Below are positions 1 to 9,147 of a DNA stretch of 31,900 bases, in pieces. The notes beneath the pieces are model-generated. The model was not told where the DNA came from. It did not search any database and saw only the letters and a program-made list of their open reading frames with translations. The stretch is from Bacillota bacterium (GTDB taxonomy: Bacteria; Bacillota; Clostridia; Saccharofermentanales; Saccharofermentanaceae): NCBI GenBank assembly GCA_052036055.1, contig JBPOHB010000024.1, positions 1-31,900 on the forward strand. Direction: 5' to 3'. The stretch's first letter is position 1, and each line of letters opens with the position of its first letter. The position numbers and the translations under genes are program-made.

Positions 1-142
1 GATTCTCGTTTCAGATTGTATAATGGAACTAGAGAAGGAACATTTTGCTGTCTATCTGAATGAGCAAGTTCCTCCGGGCGATGGCGGCATTTGTCTGGGA
101 CAAGCCTATGTGGCAGGATATCTCTTAGAACAGGAGCAATGA
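1..142 (+). CDS. hypF: Carbamoyltransferase HypF, C-terminal end (partial; starts before the window)
   Basis: Frame from nt 2 reads ILVSDCIMELEKEHFAVYLNEQVPPGDGGICLGQAYVAGYLLEQEQ*, containing the HypF C-terminal P-x-x-DGGI-x-LGQ motif; TGA at 140-142; directly upstream of hypCDE. Not in the ORF track. Confidence 0.9.
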   Translation, partial: ILVSDCIMELEKEHFAVYLNEQVPPGDGGICLGQAYVAGYLLEQEQ

Positions 143-144
143 TT

Positions 145-357
145 ATGTGTGTGGCTTTACCTGGCAAAGTAATTGAAACGGATGGGAAGCATGCGGTCGT
201 CGATTTTCAGGGGAATCTGGTTCGTGTGCGAGCCGGACTCGTTGAAATTAGGCCGGGAGACTCCGTTCTGGTTCACGCTGGTTGTATCCTACAGGTGTTG
301 CCGTCAGATGAGGCGGAATATATGAACAAGCTTTTTGCAGAATTGGATTCACTATGA
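145..357 (+). CDS. hypC: Hydrogenase maturation chaperone HypC/HupF (70 aa)
   Basis: MCVALPGKV...VLVHAG motifs. Start reassigned to ATG 145 because HypC needs Cys at position 2 and AGGAG lies at 132-136. Confidence 0.95.
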   Translation: MCVALPGKVIETDGKHAVVDFQGNLVRVRAGLVEIRPGDSVLVHAGCILQVLPSDEAEYMNKLFAELDSL

Positions 358-1397
358 GTGTGGATTACCGAACGTATCTACGAGAATATGATGGCAAACC
401 GATTCGTATCATGGAAGTATGCGGCACGCATACACGAGCGATCGCGCATGAGGGCATCCGCGGGCTTCTGTCGCCGAAGATATCTCTTCTGTCCGGCCCT
501 GGCTGCCCCGTCTGTGTTACGGTAACGCAGTATATTGACAAGCTGATTGCACTTGCAAAAGTGCCGGGGACAACTGTTGTAACTTTCGGGGATATGATGC
601 GAGTTCCTGGTTCGACACAGAGCCTGTCTGAGGCAAGAGCAGATGGAGCGAAAGTCGAAATGGTCTACGCGCCGTATGATATGATTCGCCTTGCAAAAGA
701 ACACCCTGGCGAGAAGTACGTTTTTGCGGCTGTTGGCTTTGAGACAACGGCGGCGGTATATGCGGATTTGCTTGACGAGATCGTCGCATCCGAAATTACG
801 CAGATTACCTTCCTGACATCCCTCAAAATCATGCCGCCCGTCTTGGAATATGTATGCAAAACAAATAGCGTGATCGATGGTTTTTTGGCACCTGGCCATG
901 TGGCTGTCATAACAGGAAGTGATATTTTTATTCCGCTTGCAGAAAAATACCATTTGCCATTTGCCGTATCCGGGTTCTCAGGTGAAGAGATTCTGCTTGC
1001 GATTTATGCGCTTGTCAAAATGATTACTCGCAAAGAGGCAAGCGTGATGAATCTATATCCGTCCGTGGTTACGTCAAGGGGAAACAGATCCGCACAGTCG
1101 GAAATGGATCGATATTTCGAGAAAACAGACGCCGCCTGGCGCGGCATGGGTATAATCGCAGAATCGGGACTTACTTTTCGGGAAGAATACAAGCAATATG
1201 ACGCCGGAAGCTTCGGCCTTTATGAAGACGAAAGCATGCATTTGTCGTGCCAGTGCAGCTCGGTGATTACCGGCAAGAAGTCGCCGGAAGAGTGTCCGCT
1301 TTTTGGGCGACTCTGCGTGCCAGAAAGGCCGCAGGGTGCTTGCATGGTATCATCAGAAGGTAGCTGCTGTAGTCACTATATGAACAGAGGAGATTGA
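354..1397 (+). CDS. hypD: Hydrogenase maturation Fe-S protein HypD
   Basis: CGTH, GPGCPVC, GFETT and PGHV motifs and C-terminal CPLFG..C.P..PQGACMVSSEGSC cluster; ATGA overlap with hypC. Confidence 0.97.
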   Translation: MSVDYRTYLREYDGKPIRIMEVCGTHTRAIAHEGIRGLLSPKISLLSGPGCPVCVTVTQYIDKLIALAKVPGTTVVTFGDMMRVPGSTQSLSEARADGAKVEMVYAPYDMIRLAKEHPGEKYVFAAVGFETTAAVYADLLDEIVASEITQITFLTSLKIMPPVLEYVCKTNSVIDGFLAPGHVAVITGSDIFIPLAEKYHLPFAVSGFSGEEILLAIYALVKMITRKEASVMNLYPSVVTSRGNRSAQSEMDRYFEKTDAAWRGMGIIAESGLTFREEYKQYDAGSFGLYEDESMHLSCQCSSVITGKKSPEECPLFGRLCVPERPQGACMVSSEGSCCSHYMNRGD

Positions 1398-1403
1398 TTA
1401 TTT

Positions 1404-2393
1404 ATGAGAATCACATTGGCGCACGGAAGCGGAGGACAGGCGACAGCAGATCTAATTGAGGCGATCTTCGCGAAGCATTTTGCAAATGAAGTTTTATCGC
1501 GGATGGACGATTCCGGCATCGTACCCGGCGCGGGGAAGCTCGCAATTACGACGGATAGCTTTGTCGTTACCCCCCTTTGCTTTGCTGGCGGAAATATCGG
1601 AGCCCTTTCCGTCTGCGGAACGGTAAATGATTTGTTGATGAGCGGCGCGATACCCCAATATATCACCTGCGGATTTATCTTGGAGGAGGGGCTTGAGATT
1701 TCTCTTCTTGAAGAGATCGTTATCTCGCTGGCGGATACGGCGCGGGAAGCAGGGGTGATGATTGTTGCAGGAGATACGAAGGTAGTTAACGGGAGTGGTG
1801 GGCTCTATATAAATACGACGGGCGTGGGGTTTGTTCCAGATCACTATCCTGCCGTCAGCGGTGCTTCGTGCAAGGAAGGTGATGTCATCTTACTCTCCGG
1901 TACATTGGGCGATCATCATGCGGCGATTCTATCGGCAAGAATGGGAATGACAAATCCGATTCGAAGCGATAGTGCTCCACTTGTACAAATGGTTCGGAAT
2001 CTGATGGAAAAAGATATCCGTGTCCATGCGATGCGGGATGTGACGCGAGGCGGTTTGGCAACGATTCTGCGAGAATTTGCCGTAGCTTCCGATGTTTCCC
2101 TTCGTATATCCGAGAAATTAGTACCCGTCGATAAAGCGGTCAGAGCTTTCTGTGATTTACTTGGTCTGGACCCGCTTTATATGGGCAATGAAGGGAAAAT
2201 GATTGCAATTGTCGATCAAGAGGATGCCCAGGAAGCCCTTCGCATGATGAGCGGATCGACATACGGGGAAAACGCGGCAATCATTGGAACGGTAATCAGA
2301 AGTGAGAGCCATCATGTCTTTGCCGAAACGAAAACGGGTGGAACCCGTATCTTATCGGCGCTTCACGGGGAAGGATTACCGCGTATTTGTTAG
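1404..2393 (+). CDS. hypE: Hydrogenase maturation protein HypE
   Basis: AHGSGG, TTDSFVV, GTVNDL, GDTKVV, RDVTRGG, ANEG-like GNEGK and the terminal LPRIC. Confidence 0.97.
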   Translation: MRITLAHGSGGQATADLIEAIFAKHFANEVLSRMDDSGIVPGAGKLAITTDSFVVTPLCFAGGNIGALSVCGTVNDLLMSGAIPQYITCGFILEEGLEISLLEEIVISLADTAREAGVMIVAGDTKVVNGSGGLYINTTGVGFVPDHYPAVSGASCKEGDVILLSGTLGDHHAAILSARMGMTNPIRSDSAPLVQMVRNLMEKDIRVHAMRDVTRGGLATILREFAVASDVSLRISEKLVPVDKAVRAFCDLLGLDPLYMGNEGKMIAIVDQEDAQEALRMMSGSTYGENAAIIGTVIRSESHHVFAETKTGGTRILSALHGEGLPRIC

Positions 2394-2420
2394 TGAGAGG
2401 GCAAGTGCGGAAGAAAATCA

Positions 2421-2455
2421 TTGATTTTGCCACACGTTTGTTATATTCTTACTAT
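2421..2455 (+). promoter_or_regulatory. Candidate sigma-A promoter(s) for the ABC exporter operon
   Basis: TTGCCA(2427-2432)-17 nt-TACTAT(2450-2455), and an overlapping TTGATT(2421-2426)-17 nt-TATTCT(2444-2449). Confidence 0.5.
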
Positions 2456-2489
2456 AACAAAGAGCTCTATATTCACAAGGAGACGAGAA

Positions 2490-3203
2490 ATGCTAGAAAT
2501 CAGTAATTTATGGAAAACCTATTCGAATGGCAAGATTGCGGTCTCAAATGTGTCGATTACAGTCGAAAACGGTGATATCTTCGGTTTTATTGGACATAAT
2601 GGTGCGGGGAAAACGACTACCATCAAAGCGGCTGTCGGTGTTCTTCCTTTTGAACAAGGAGAGATACGAATTAACGGAATCTCGATTTTGAAGGATCCTA
2701 TTGCATGCAAGAAGCAGCTCGCATATATTCCCGATAATCCGGATTTGTACGATTCACTTACTGGTATGGGATATCTGAATTTCATTGCGGACATCTTCCG
2801 TGTTTCTAAAGCAGATAGAGCAGAGCGAATCAAGGAATATGCGCAGCTATTTGAGATTGCAGACGACTTAAATACGCCGATATCCTCCTATTCTCACGGA
2901 ATGAAGCAGAAAATCGCACTGATCTCCGCGTTTATTCATAAACCGAAATTACTCGTTCTCGACGAGCCGTTTGTCGGACTAGACCCCAAATCAGCCTTTG
3001 CGCTGAAAAACACGATGAAGGAATTCTGATTGGAAGGGAATGCCATCTTCTTTTCGAAACATGATCTGGAAGTGGCGGAGAAGTTATGCAATAAGATCGC
3101 AATCATTAAAAACGGCGAGCTTATCGCAAGTGGGACGACACAAGAAGTAAGAGGAACGCAATCGCTGGAAGACGTCTTTTTGGAGCTTACGGAAAATGAG
3201 TAA
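2490..3203 (+). pseudogene. ABC transporter ATP-binding protein interrupted by an in-frame TGA at codon 180 (237 aa if read through)
   Basis: ATG 2490 with AAGGAG SD; Walker A GHNGAGKT, signature YSHGMKQK, Walker B LLVLDEP. After TGA 3027-3029 the same frame continues LEGNAIFFSKHDLEVAEKLCNKIAIIKNGELIASG...LEDVFLELTENE to TAA 3201-3203, overlapping the permease start. Confidence 0.85.
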
Positions 3204-4785
3204 TTTTGGCATCCTTGTTCGAAATAACCTTCGCGTATTTATTGGATCTCTCATGAAGAAGAAAAGGGGCCGCTATACCGCGACAATTGTTATGGTTGCT
3301 ATGGTATATCTCCTTATTGGCGCGTCACTTACCTTTCAGGCTGCCATACAAACAGTTGCGCTGAACAGCTTGGGCGTGCCGGAATTGTCTTTGTATATGA
3401 GCATTCAGACGGCAGTTATGATAGCGGTCGTTTTCGGTCTGATGAGAGGCATGAATGCGTCGACAAGTCGTGATGGGGAGATGCTTCTTTCACTACCGGT
3501 CAGGCGATTTACCGTGGTCGCAAGCAAAGTGCTTTCGAACTATATTTTTGATTCGCCACTCATTATTCTCTTTTTGCTGCCAACATTTGTGACGTATTTC
3601 ATCATCGCAGACGCAAGTGTTATGATGCTGATCAGGGGCATCCTTTTGACCTTCCTTGTCCCACTGGTCCCGCTTACGATTTCTTATATTGCCTCTGCGA
3701 TTATGAATGCACTTCAGAATCATTTCCGGGGAATGAAACTCGTTACGACTGCCATCATGATGGGCATATTTGTGTTCTATATCATTAACAATATGCACAC
3801 GTCAACGCTATACCAGAACATCGAAGAAAACGGCGCCGCCGGTGCCCGTGTGCTGCTTGAGAAGTTCCCGCCGATTACCATGATGACCTATTTCGTATAT
3901 GACGGGCGCGCAATGTCGGTGCTTGTGACCCTGCTTATCCTTGTCGCGCCGCTCTTTCCTGCACTCTGGCTCTTCTCCCTAAATTTCGGCAAATCGGCAC
4001 GGACATTTTCCTCTCATGACAAAAGACTGCGATCCATCGTTCGTTCTCCCCGAATGTCACTTCTGGGCAAAGAGCTGAAGAGGTATTTCGGATGCGTAAT
4101 TTATGTTTTTAACACAGCATTTGGTGCCATCATGATTATCGCGCTATCCATCGCCGTATTTATCGCGGGCATGGATAAGACCCTTTCCTTCATCGGCATT
4201 TCAAGTGATGCAAGACAGAATTTTCAACCCTTCTTCATCAAAATCATTGCCTCGACGTTCTTCTGTTTTTTCCCAGCAGTCACATCAACGTCAGCTTCTT
4301 CTATCTCATTGGAAGGCAAGCAGCTTTGGATTTTACAGGCGCACCCGATTAAAACGGCAGATATCTTCTTTGCAAAGAGTATGGTAAATGTCATTGTCAT
4401 GCTGCCAGCCAGTGCAATCGGAGGATTGCTTGTTGCTGTCAGCATCAAGATGACGCTTCTTGAGACCGTTTTCTTTCTCGCGGCAATCACGGCGCTATGC
4501 GCCGCCATATCGCTTGTTGGACTGATTGTGAATCTTCTTTTCCCGCGTTTTGATTGGGACAACGAGACGCAGGTTGTGAAGCAAAGTGCCAGCGTAATTG
4601 TTACCATGCTTGTCGGAAGTGCAATTGCAAGCATTCCCTATATTTTATTCTTTACCCTTTTCTACTTTCGCGGGCATGGATTTGCAACCTTCGGAATGGT
4701 CAATTTCCTTTTCCAGCTCATCGTTATCTTCTTCTCAATTTTGTTCTTGCGCAGGAAAGGAAAGAAGATTTTCGAGCAACTCTAA
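3196..4785 (+). CDS. ABC-2-type exporter permease (multi-TM, 529 aa)
   Basis: About 12-14 hydrophobic segments in two repeated halves; SISLEGKQLWIL and P-x-F-D-W motifs typical of Firmicute ABC-2 permeases; coupled to the ATPase gene. Confidence 0.85.
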   Translation: MSNFGILVRNNLRVFIGSLMKKKRGRYTATIVMVAMVYLLIGASLTFQAAIQTVALNSLGVPELSLYMSIQTAVMIAVVFGLMRGMNASTSRDGEMLLSLPVRRFTVVASKVLSNYIFDSPLIILFLLPTFVTYFIIADASVMMLIRGILLTFLVPLVPLTISYIASAIMNALQNHFRGMKLVTTAIMMGIFVFYIINNMHTSTLYQNIEENGAAGARVLLEKFPPITMMTYFVYDGRAMSVLVTLLILVAPLFPALWLFSLNFGKSARTFSSHDKRLRSIVRSPRMSLLGKELKRYFGCVIYVFNTAFGAIMIIALSIAVFIAGMDKTLSFIGISSDARQNFQPFFIKIIASTFFCFFPAVTSTSASSISLEGKQLWILQAHPIKTADIFFAKSMVNVIVMLPASAIGGLLVAVSIKMTLLETVFFLAAITALCAAISLVGLIVNLLFPRFDWDNETQVVKQSASVIVTMLVGSAIASIPYILFFTLFYFRGHGFATFGMVNFLFQLIVIFFSILFLRRKGKKIFEQL

Positions 4786-4805
4786 GTAAACGAAAATGCA
4801 AATTG

Positions 4806-4831
4806 GGGAGACCATCGCGGTCTCCCTTTTT
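4806..4831 (+). terminator. Rho-independent terminator
   Basis: GGGAGACC-atcgc-GGTCTCCC followed by TTTTT, 20 nt after the permease stop. Confidence 0.85.
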
Positions 4832-4832
4832 G

Positions 4833-5150
4833 TTATATAAATGCGAGAATTCTCTCACAGATGAATACAGTTGCAACTGCAGATACGGCGACGAGAAGAA
4901 GCCCCTTCTTGTGCCACGCGACAACAAGTGCGACTGCCGTTCCGGCGATGCTCGAGATAAGGGCGCCGCCAGAAGTAAACACATCTGGGAAAATCATGGC
5001 AGCAAGAATTCCATAGGGAAGATAGGTCAGAAGAGAAGAAATGTATGGATTCGTTATTTTCTTCCGAAAAAGAACAAGCGGTAATACGCGCGGCAGGTAT
5101 GTACACACAGCCATAATGGCAATGACGAGGAGAACATATTGTGTACTCAT
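4833..5150 (-). CDS. azlD: AzlD-family branched-chain amino acid transport protein (105 aa)
   Basis: MSTQYVLLVIAIMAVCTYLPRVLP...YLPYGILAAMIFP (AzlD TY-x-x-R-x-x-P motif); ATG 5150 overlaps the azlC TGA. The ORF track's 211-aa version is an upstream extension. Confidence 0.9.
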   Translation of the reverse strand: MSTQYVLLVIAIMAVCTYLPRVLPLVLFRKKITNPYISSLLTYLPYGILAAMIFPDVFTSGGALISSIAGTAVALVVAWHKKGLLLVAVSAVATVFICERILAFI

Positions 5151-5866
5151 GTCACATCCTCCTTGTAAACGGCTATATCCTGCGGATAAAAATAGGCGCC
5201 CAGTCCTGCAGAGATCGTTCCACAAATGACAATTCGCCATCCACTTCCCATTTCTGAAAATGCAGGAACGAAGTAAATGAGCGCGCTGAGGGTCACAGAG
5301 ATCAGAATGATCTTGAAAATGGCGCTCGACTCGCGGGCAGGCGGCGTGATGATTGCAATAAACATGGCATAGAGAGCGATGCCAAGTGCAATGCGAATGA
5401 TCTCGGGAAGAGCAGAGCTGGAGAAAACGCCAAGTACGGTGCCAATATTCCATCCAGCAAAGGAACAAAGAATGATGCCGGCCATATATGAGCCTGACAG
5501 CGCTTCTTTCTGCTGCATGGACACGCCGAAAATTTCGTCTGTGTTTCCGAACGCGATGAGCATTCTTTGCACAGTAGTTAGCTTTGGATCCAGTTTCTGA
5601 GACAACGAAAAGGACATAAGGACATAGCGAATATTGATCACAATCAGAGCAAAAGCGACTTCAAGAAAACCCGCGTGGGATGAAAGCAAGTCGATCCCGG
5701 CAAATTGTCCGGTTCCGGTAAAGTTGGAGAGGGAAAGAAGAAGTGGGGACCAAAGAGGCAAGCCTTTCTCGACAGCGAGCATGCCAAACGCAAAAGCGAC
5801 AGACAAATACCCGAGAAAAATAGGAATACCATCTTTGAATCCCTTGCGAAATGAAAGCATATACAT
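5147..5866 (-). CDS. azlC: AzlC-family transporter permease
   Basis: F-x-x-G-x-x-DGIPI-x-LGY, F-x-G-x-GQF, INIRY-x-LMS and F-G-x-TDE motifs; paired with azlD. Confidence 0.93.
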   Translation of the reverse strand: MYMLSFRKGFKDGIPIFLGYLSVAFAFGMLAVEKGLPLWSPLLLSLSNFTGTGQFAGIDLLSSHAGFLEVAFALIVINIRYVLMSFSLSQKLDPKLTTVQRMLIAFGNTDEIFGVSMQQKEALSGSYMAGIILCSFAGWNIGTVLGVFSSSALPEIIRIALGIALYAMFIAIITPPARESSAIFKIILISVTLSALIYFVPAFSEMGSGWRIVICGTISAGLGAYFYPQDIAVYKEDVT

Positions 5867-5896
5867 GAAGCCGCCTTACATGAAATGATTTGGATT

Positions 5897-5905
5897 ATTA
5901 TACCA
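5897..5905 (-). promoter_or_regulatory. Extended -10 element for azlCD
   Basis: TGGTATAAT on the minus strand about 30 nt upstream of azlC; no clear -35. Confidence 0.45.
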
Positions 5906-5966
5906 TGATTTTGGCTTCCCTTTTCGCGCCAGAAGGGAAACCGGGTTGATGGGGTTATTCATATAT

Positions 5967-6794
5967 CTATTTCCCCTCAAGCGTGATAACAACAATGTCT
6001 GGCCGATTAAAAAGACGGAAAGGCAAAACACTATTACCCAGTCCGCGACTCACAATCATGGTGGTATCTTGTATCTGGTATTCTCCAGCAGTGTATTCGG
6101 GAAAGAAGCCTTGCTCAGGCGCGAATACGCCTCCGATGAACGGGAGGCGTATCTGTCCTCCGTGAGCGTGCCCTGCCAAGACAAGATCGACATCATTTTC
6201 ACTGTATTCATTGAAGAATTGCGGTTTGTGTGCGAGGAGAATGGTCAGATCTGTATGATCAACTTCTGCGCAAAGAGTAGTCAAGGTGTCGTCAGCAAGA
6301 TTTGCATCGGATAGACCAATTAGATTGAAGGCGTCGCCAGATGCATTTTGGATCGTGGTTACTTTGTTTTCCAGGACAATCACACCCGCATCAATAAGCT
6401 GATCCCGAAGCGCGCAGGTGTCCTCAGTAAAGAGATCGTGATTTCCCGATATGAAGTAGACGGGAGCGATTGCAACGGCGCCGTCAATGAAAGTCATCGC
6501 GTTTTCCATATTCTGATCATCGCTGTTAATCAGATCACCTGTTATCACAATAATATCTGGCTCTTGCCTGGATATAGCCGATAGAAGATCCTTCTGATCT
6601 TTCCCGAAACATGCGTTATGAAGATCTGAGATTTGTACGATGGTGAATCCGTCGAAGGAGTTGGAAAGCAGATCGCTCGTATAGGTATATCTTGAAATAA
6701 CGAGATCGTTGTTCTGCCAATATAGAAAAGGGCATAGAGCGATCAACAAGACGGTCAGAGCGATGAATTTAACCAGTTTTTTCTTCTTATGCAC
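5967..6794 (-). CDS. Calcineurin-like metallophosphoesterase (YkuE-like) with N-terminal membrane anchor
   Basis: All five MPP motifs: DLH, GD, GNHD, LLAH, GHAHGGQ; also VSRGLG. Confidence 0.93.
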   Translation of the reverse strand: MHKKKKLVKFIALTVLLIALCPFLYWQNNDLVISRYTYTSDLLSNSFDGFTIVQISDLHNACFGKDQKDLLSAISRQEPDIIVITGDLINSDDQNMENAMTFIDGAVAIAPVYFISGNHDLFTEDTCALRDQLIDAGVIVLENKVTTIQNASGDAFNLIGLSDANLADDTLTTLCAEVDHTDLTILLAHKPQFFNEYSENDVDLVLAGHAHGGQIRLPFIGGVFAPEQGFFPEYTAGEYQIQDTTMIVSRGLGNSVLPFRLFNRPDIVVITLEGK

Positions 6795-7008
6795 AGATTC
6801 CTCCAGAGAAAAGGGGTCTTGAATAAGTCATGTTCCATTATACAGGAATCTTGGAAATTGCTGCTAAGTAATTGTTTGCGAAACGAGGCCGTTTTTCTCT
6901 TGAATTGTTAAAAGTTTGTGTATATTTCATTTTTCGCCTTCATTTTGACGCCATGTTCGCGTGGAGATGATAATATATTATCAGACGATTATGAAGGGGG
7001 AGAGAAGT

Positions 7009-7773
7009 ATGGCAGGCACGCGAAACTGGTTTGGTTTTTTTGCCGGTAAGTGTGACGATATTTCTTCGCCAACCTTTGTGAAACCTTTCACGGATCGCAT
7101 GAAGGATGTTCTTGCTCTTTCTCGAAAGGTCGATATCTCGCCAGAGAATACCAAGCCAATTTTCCGTACTGCCATGAAGCGGCTCGAGGACAAGTGCATT
7201 TTGCACGGTGAGGTGAGGGACGTTCTGCTGAGCAGTGCGCTTCCCGTCTTGCTTTTACACGATGTACATTTTCTGACGAAGTGTGGCTCGGGATCGGTAG
7301 ATTATGTCATCTTATCCAATCGCTTCATCATTGCATTATCTTGTGAGACTGCCAAAGAGGGCGAAGAGGATTTCTCTCACATGGATTTCGAAGAGCGGGA
7401 GAATGCGCTTGTGGCGCAAGCCGAAAACAACGCAGAGCTATTATCTGAATTGCTAAGTGAGACACGCAGTGTCTCTCGGCGAGCCGAGACGATGGTATGG
7501 CCGATGATTGTAATGAAGAGCGAGCCGGTTACATATACGAATCCGGAAGCGATAATCGCTTCCGGCAAGAAGCAGGACAAGGCCATGAGGAAGGAGCATC
7601 ATGCCCAATTCGTAACGCCGGAGAATCTGAGCGAGGCTGTCAAGGAGATGTTTAAGACAGACGATTTGATTGTCTGGCTTACGAACAAGGAGGTACATGC
7701 CGTTGCGGCAGTATTAATGAAATGTGATTCGGAGACAATGGGGTCTCCTGTATCTGAAAGGACTGTACCATGA
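7009..7773 (+). CDS. NERD-like domain protein with degenerate catalytic motif (254 aa)
   Basis: ATG 7009 after GGGGGAG SD. LPVLLLHDVHF...SVDYVILSNRFIIALSCE follows the Clostridial NERD pattern (L-H-D...I-D-Y-x-x-I...I-E-C-K) recalled from the family; no alignment was run. Confidence 0.55.
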   Translation: MAGTRNWFGFFAGKCDDISSPTFVKPFTDRMKDVLALSRKVDISPENTKPIFRTAMKRLEDKCILHGEVRDVLLSSALPVLLLHDVHFLTKCGSGSVDYVILSNRFIIALSCETAKEGEEDFSHMDFEERENALVAQAENNAELLSELLSETRSVSRRAETMVWPMIVMKSEPVTYTNPEAIIASGKKQDKAMRKEHHAQFVTPENLSEAVKEMFKTDDLIVWLTNKEVHAVAAVLMKCDSETMGSPVSERTVP

Positions 7774-8753
7774 AAAACAAGACGCTGATTGACTTGAACA
7801 AGGAGATATCGAAGATTCCGGGACTTGAGAAGAAGAAGGTTCAGATGCATAGTCTCCTTGAAGAGAGCACATATGAACTGGAGACGGTTAAGAAAATCTA
7901 TGAGAAGAAGATTGAGACCGCCGATAAGATACAGCTCTCCGAAGCGGAAGGGAGCAAGCTGCAAAAACTTATCGCCAAGCATTATGGGAAGTCGGAGAAG
8001 AGTCAACAGGAAGCGGATGAAGCAAGACTGCTTTATGAAGAGAATCTGAAAAGGCACATCGAGCGCAAGACCGCGACAGGAGAATTGGAAGAACATTTGG
8101 GGCAACTGCGCAGCAAGAAGAAGACTTTTGAACGGGAAATGCGTTGTCGGGAGCATTCGATTTCTACAAAGTCGTCACACGACCTTTTTCTGTCCTATCA
8201 CGAAATCATCAAGGAATTGAATCGTGCAGTGGAGCAACTGATATACAACGAGAAAGCTTTTCAGACACTTAGGCGACTTATGGTTACGGTCTCATCCGCG
8301 GAGAAGTGCTATGAGACAGCAGAATTGTGGGCAGACTCGGAATCTTTGCGTGGCGTGGGCATTGTCCGCAGAACATCAAACAAGAAGTATATTGATGAGA
8401 TGCAAGAGGTATATGGTAGACTTGCTACGCAGATGTCTGCCTTCCGTAAGGAATTGGATCTTGTAACACTTCCGAGTCGGCCGCCGCTTGTTGAGACGGA
8501 TTTTGAAGATAAGACAGCTAGCTTCTGGTTTGACAACATATTGTCCGCATCGCAGAGAGTCTCAATTTTGCGGAACAATCAGATTCAGATGAGAATGCTC
8601 GGACGTCAACTGGAGTATATTGACGAAGTTCTTACGAATAATAGCGAGAAAATTCAGGTGAGAATTGAGAAACGCGAGAAGGAAAAGATGGAGCTTGTCA
8701 TTATGTGTCAGACCTGTGAAGAGCAAGAAGAATTGTCTTCGTGCAAGATCTGA
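7770..8753 (+). CDS. Coiled-coil hypothetical protein (327 aa)
   Basis: E/K/L/Q-rich heptad pattern, ATGA overlap with the NERD-like gene, C-terminal FWFDNI motif resembling a conserved Firmicute hypothetical family. Confidence 0.75.
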   Translation: MKNKTLIDLNKEISKIPGLEKKKVQMHSLLEESTYELETVKKIYEKKIETADKIQLSEAEGSKLQKLIAKHYGKSEKSQQEADEARLLYEENLKRHIERKTATGELEEHLGQLRSKKKTFEREMRCREHSISTKSSHDLFLSYHEIIKELNRAVEQLIYNEKAFQTLRRLMVTVSSAEKCYETAELWADSESLRGVGIVRRTSNKKYIDEMQEVYGRLATQMSAFRKELDLVTLPSRPPLVETDFEDKTASFWFDNILSASQRVSILRNNQIQMRMLGRQLEYIDEVLTNNSEKIQVRIEKREKEKMELVIMCQTCEEQEELSSCKI

Positions 8754-8776
8754 CTGCTTGAGGGGGAGATATAACA

Positions 8777-9145
8777 GTGGAGTATTCGTGGCTGGATTCC
8801 TATTTCCTTTCGAAGAGGGGAACCCGTAAGGACTATCAACCAGACTGGCAGGCAACGCGCTATTTTCTTTCTGATAAGATGTATGCCATGATAGGCGGAG
8901 ATAAGGTAGGCAGCCCTATTCTGACGCTAAAATGCGATCCAGCTTTCGCCGAGATGCTTCGCGTAGAGCACGCGGATATTGTGCCTGGCTACTACATGAA
9001 TAAGCGTCACTGGAATTCTGTTTATTTGCAGGGGACTGTTCCGGATTCTGTCGTCAAGGACATGATTGATATGTCATATTCACTCGTTCTGGATAAATTG
9101 CCGAGAAGGGCAAGAGAAGAGACACTATCTTCTATAGGAGATTGA
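8777..9145 (+). CDS. MmcQ/YjbR-family (double-wing) DNA-binding-like protein
   Basis: GTG start with GGGGGAG SD; LTLKCDP and PGYYMNKRHWNSV signature. Confidence 0.92.
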   Translation: MEYSWLDSYFLSKRGTRKDYQPDWQATRYFLSDKMYAMIGGDKVGSPILTLKCDPAFAEMLRVEHADIVPGYYMNKRHWNSVYLQGTVPDSVVKDMIDMSYSLVLDKLPRRAREETLSSIGD

Positions 9146-9147
9146 CG

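Noticed and set aside
91-144. ORF-track 88-aa N-terminal extension of hypC
   Set aside because: It overlaps the hypF 3' end. HypC requires Met-Cys at its N-terminus, and the SD fits ATG 145.
2421-2489. ORF-track upstream start of the ABC ATPase (TTG 2421)
   Set aside because: This stretch is promoter and SD sequence; ABC homology begins at ATG 2490.
5151-5468. 211-aa ORF suggesting an extended AzlD
   Set aside because: The extension lies within azlC in another frame; the AzlD start at 5150 has a classic ATGA coupling.
5946-6584. Plus-strand ORFs of 122, 60 and 78 aa
   Set aside because: Antisense shadows of the metallophosphoesterase with no recognisable motifs.
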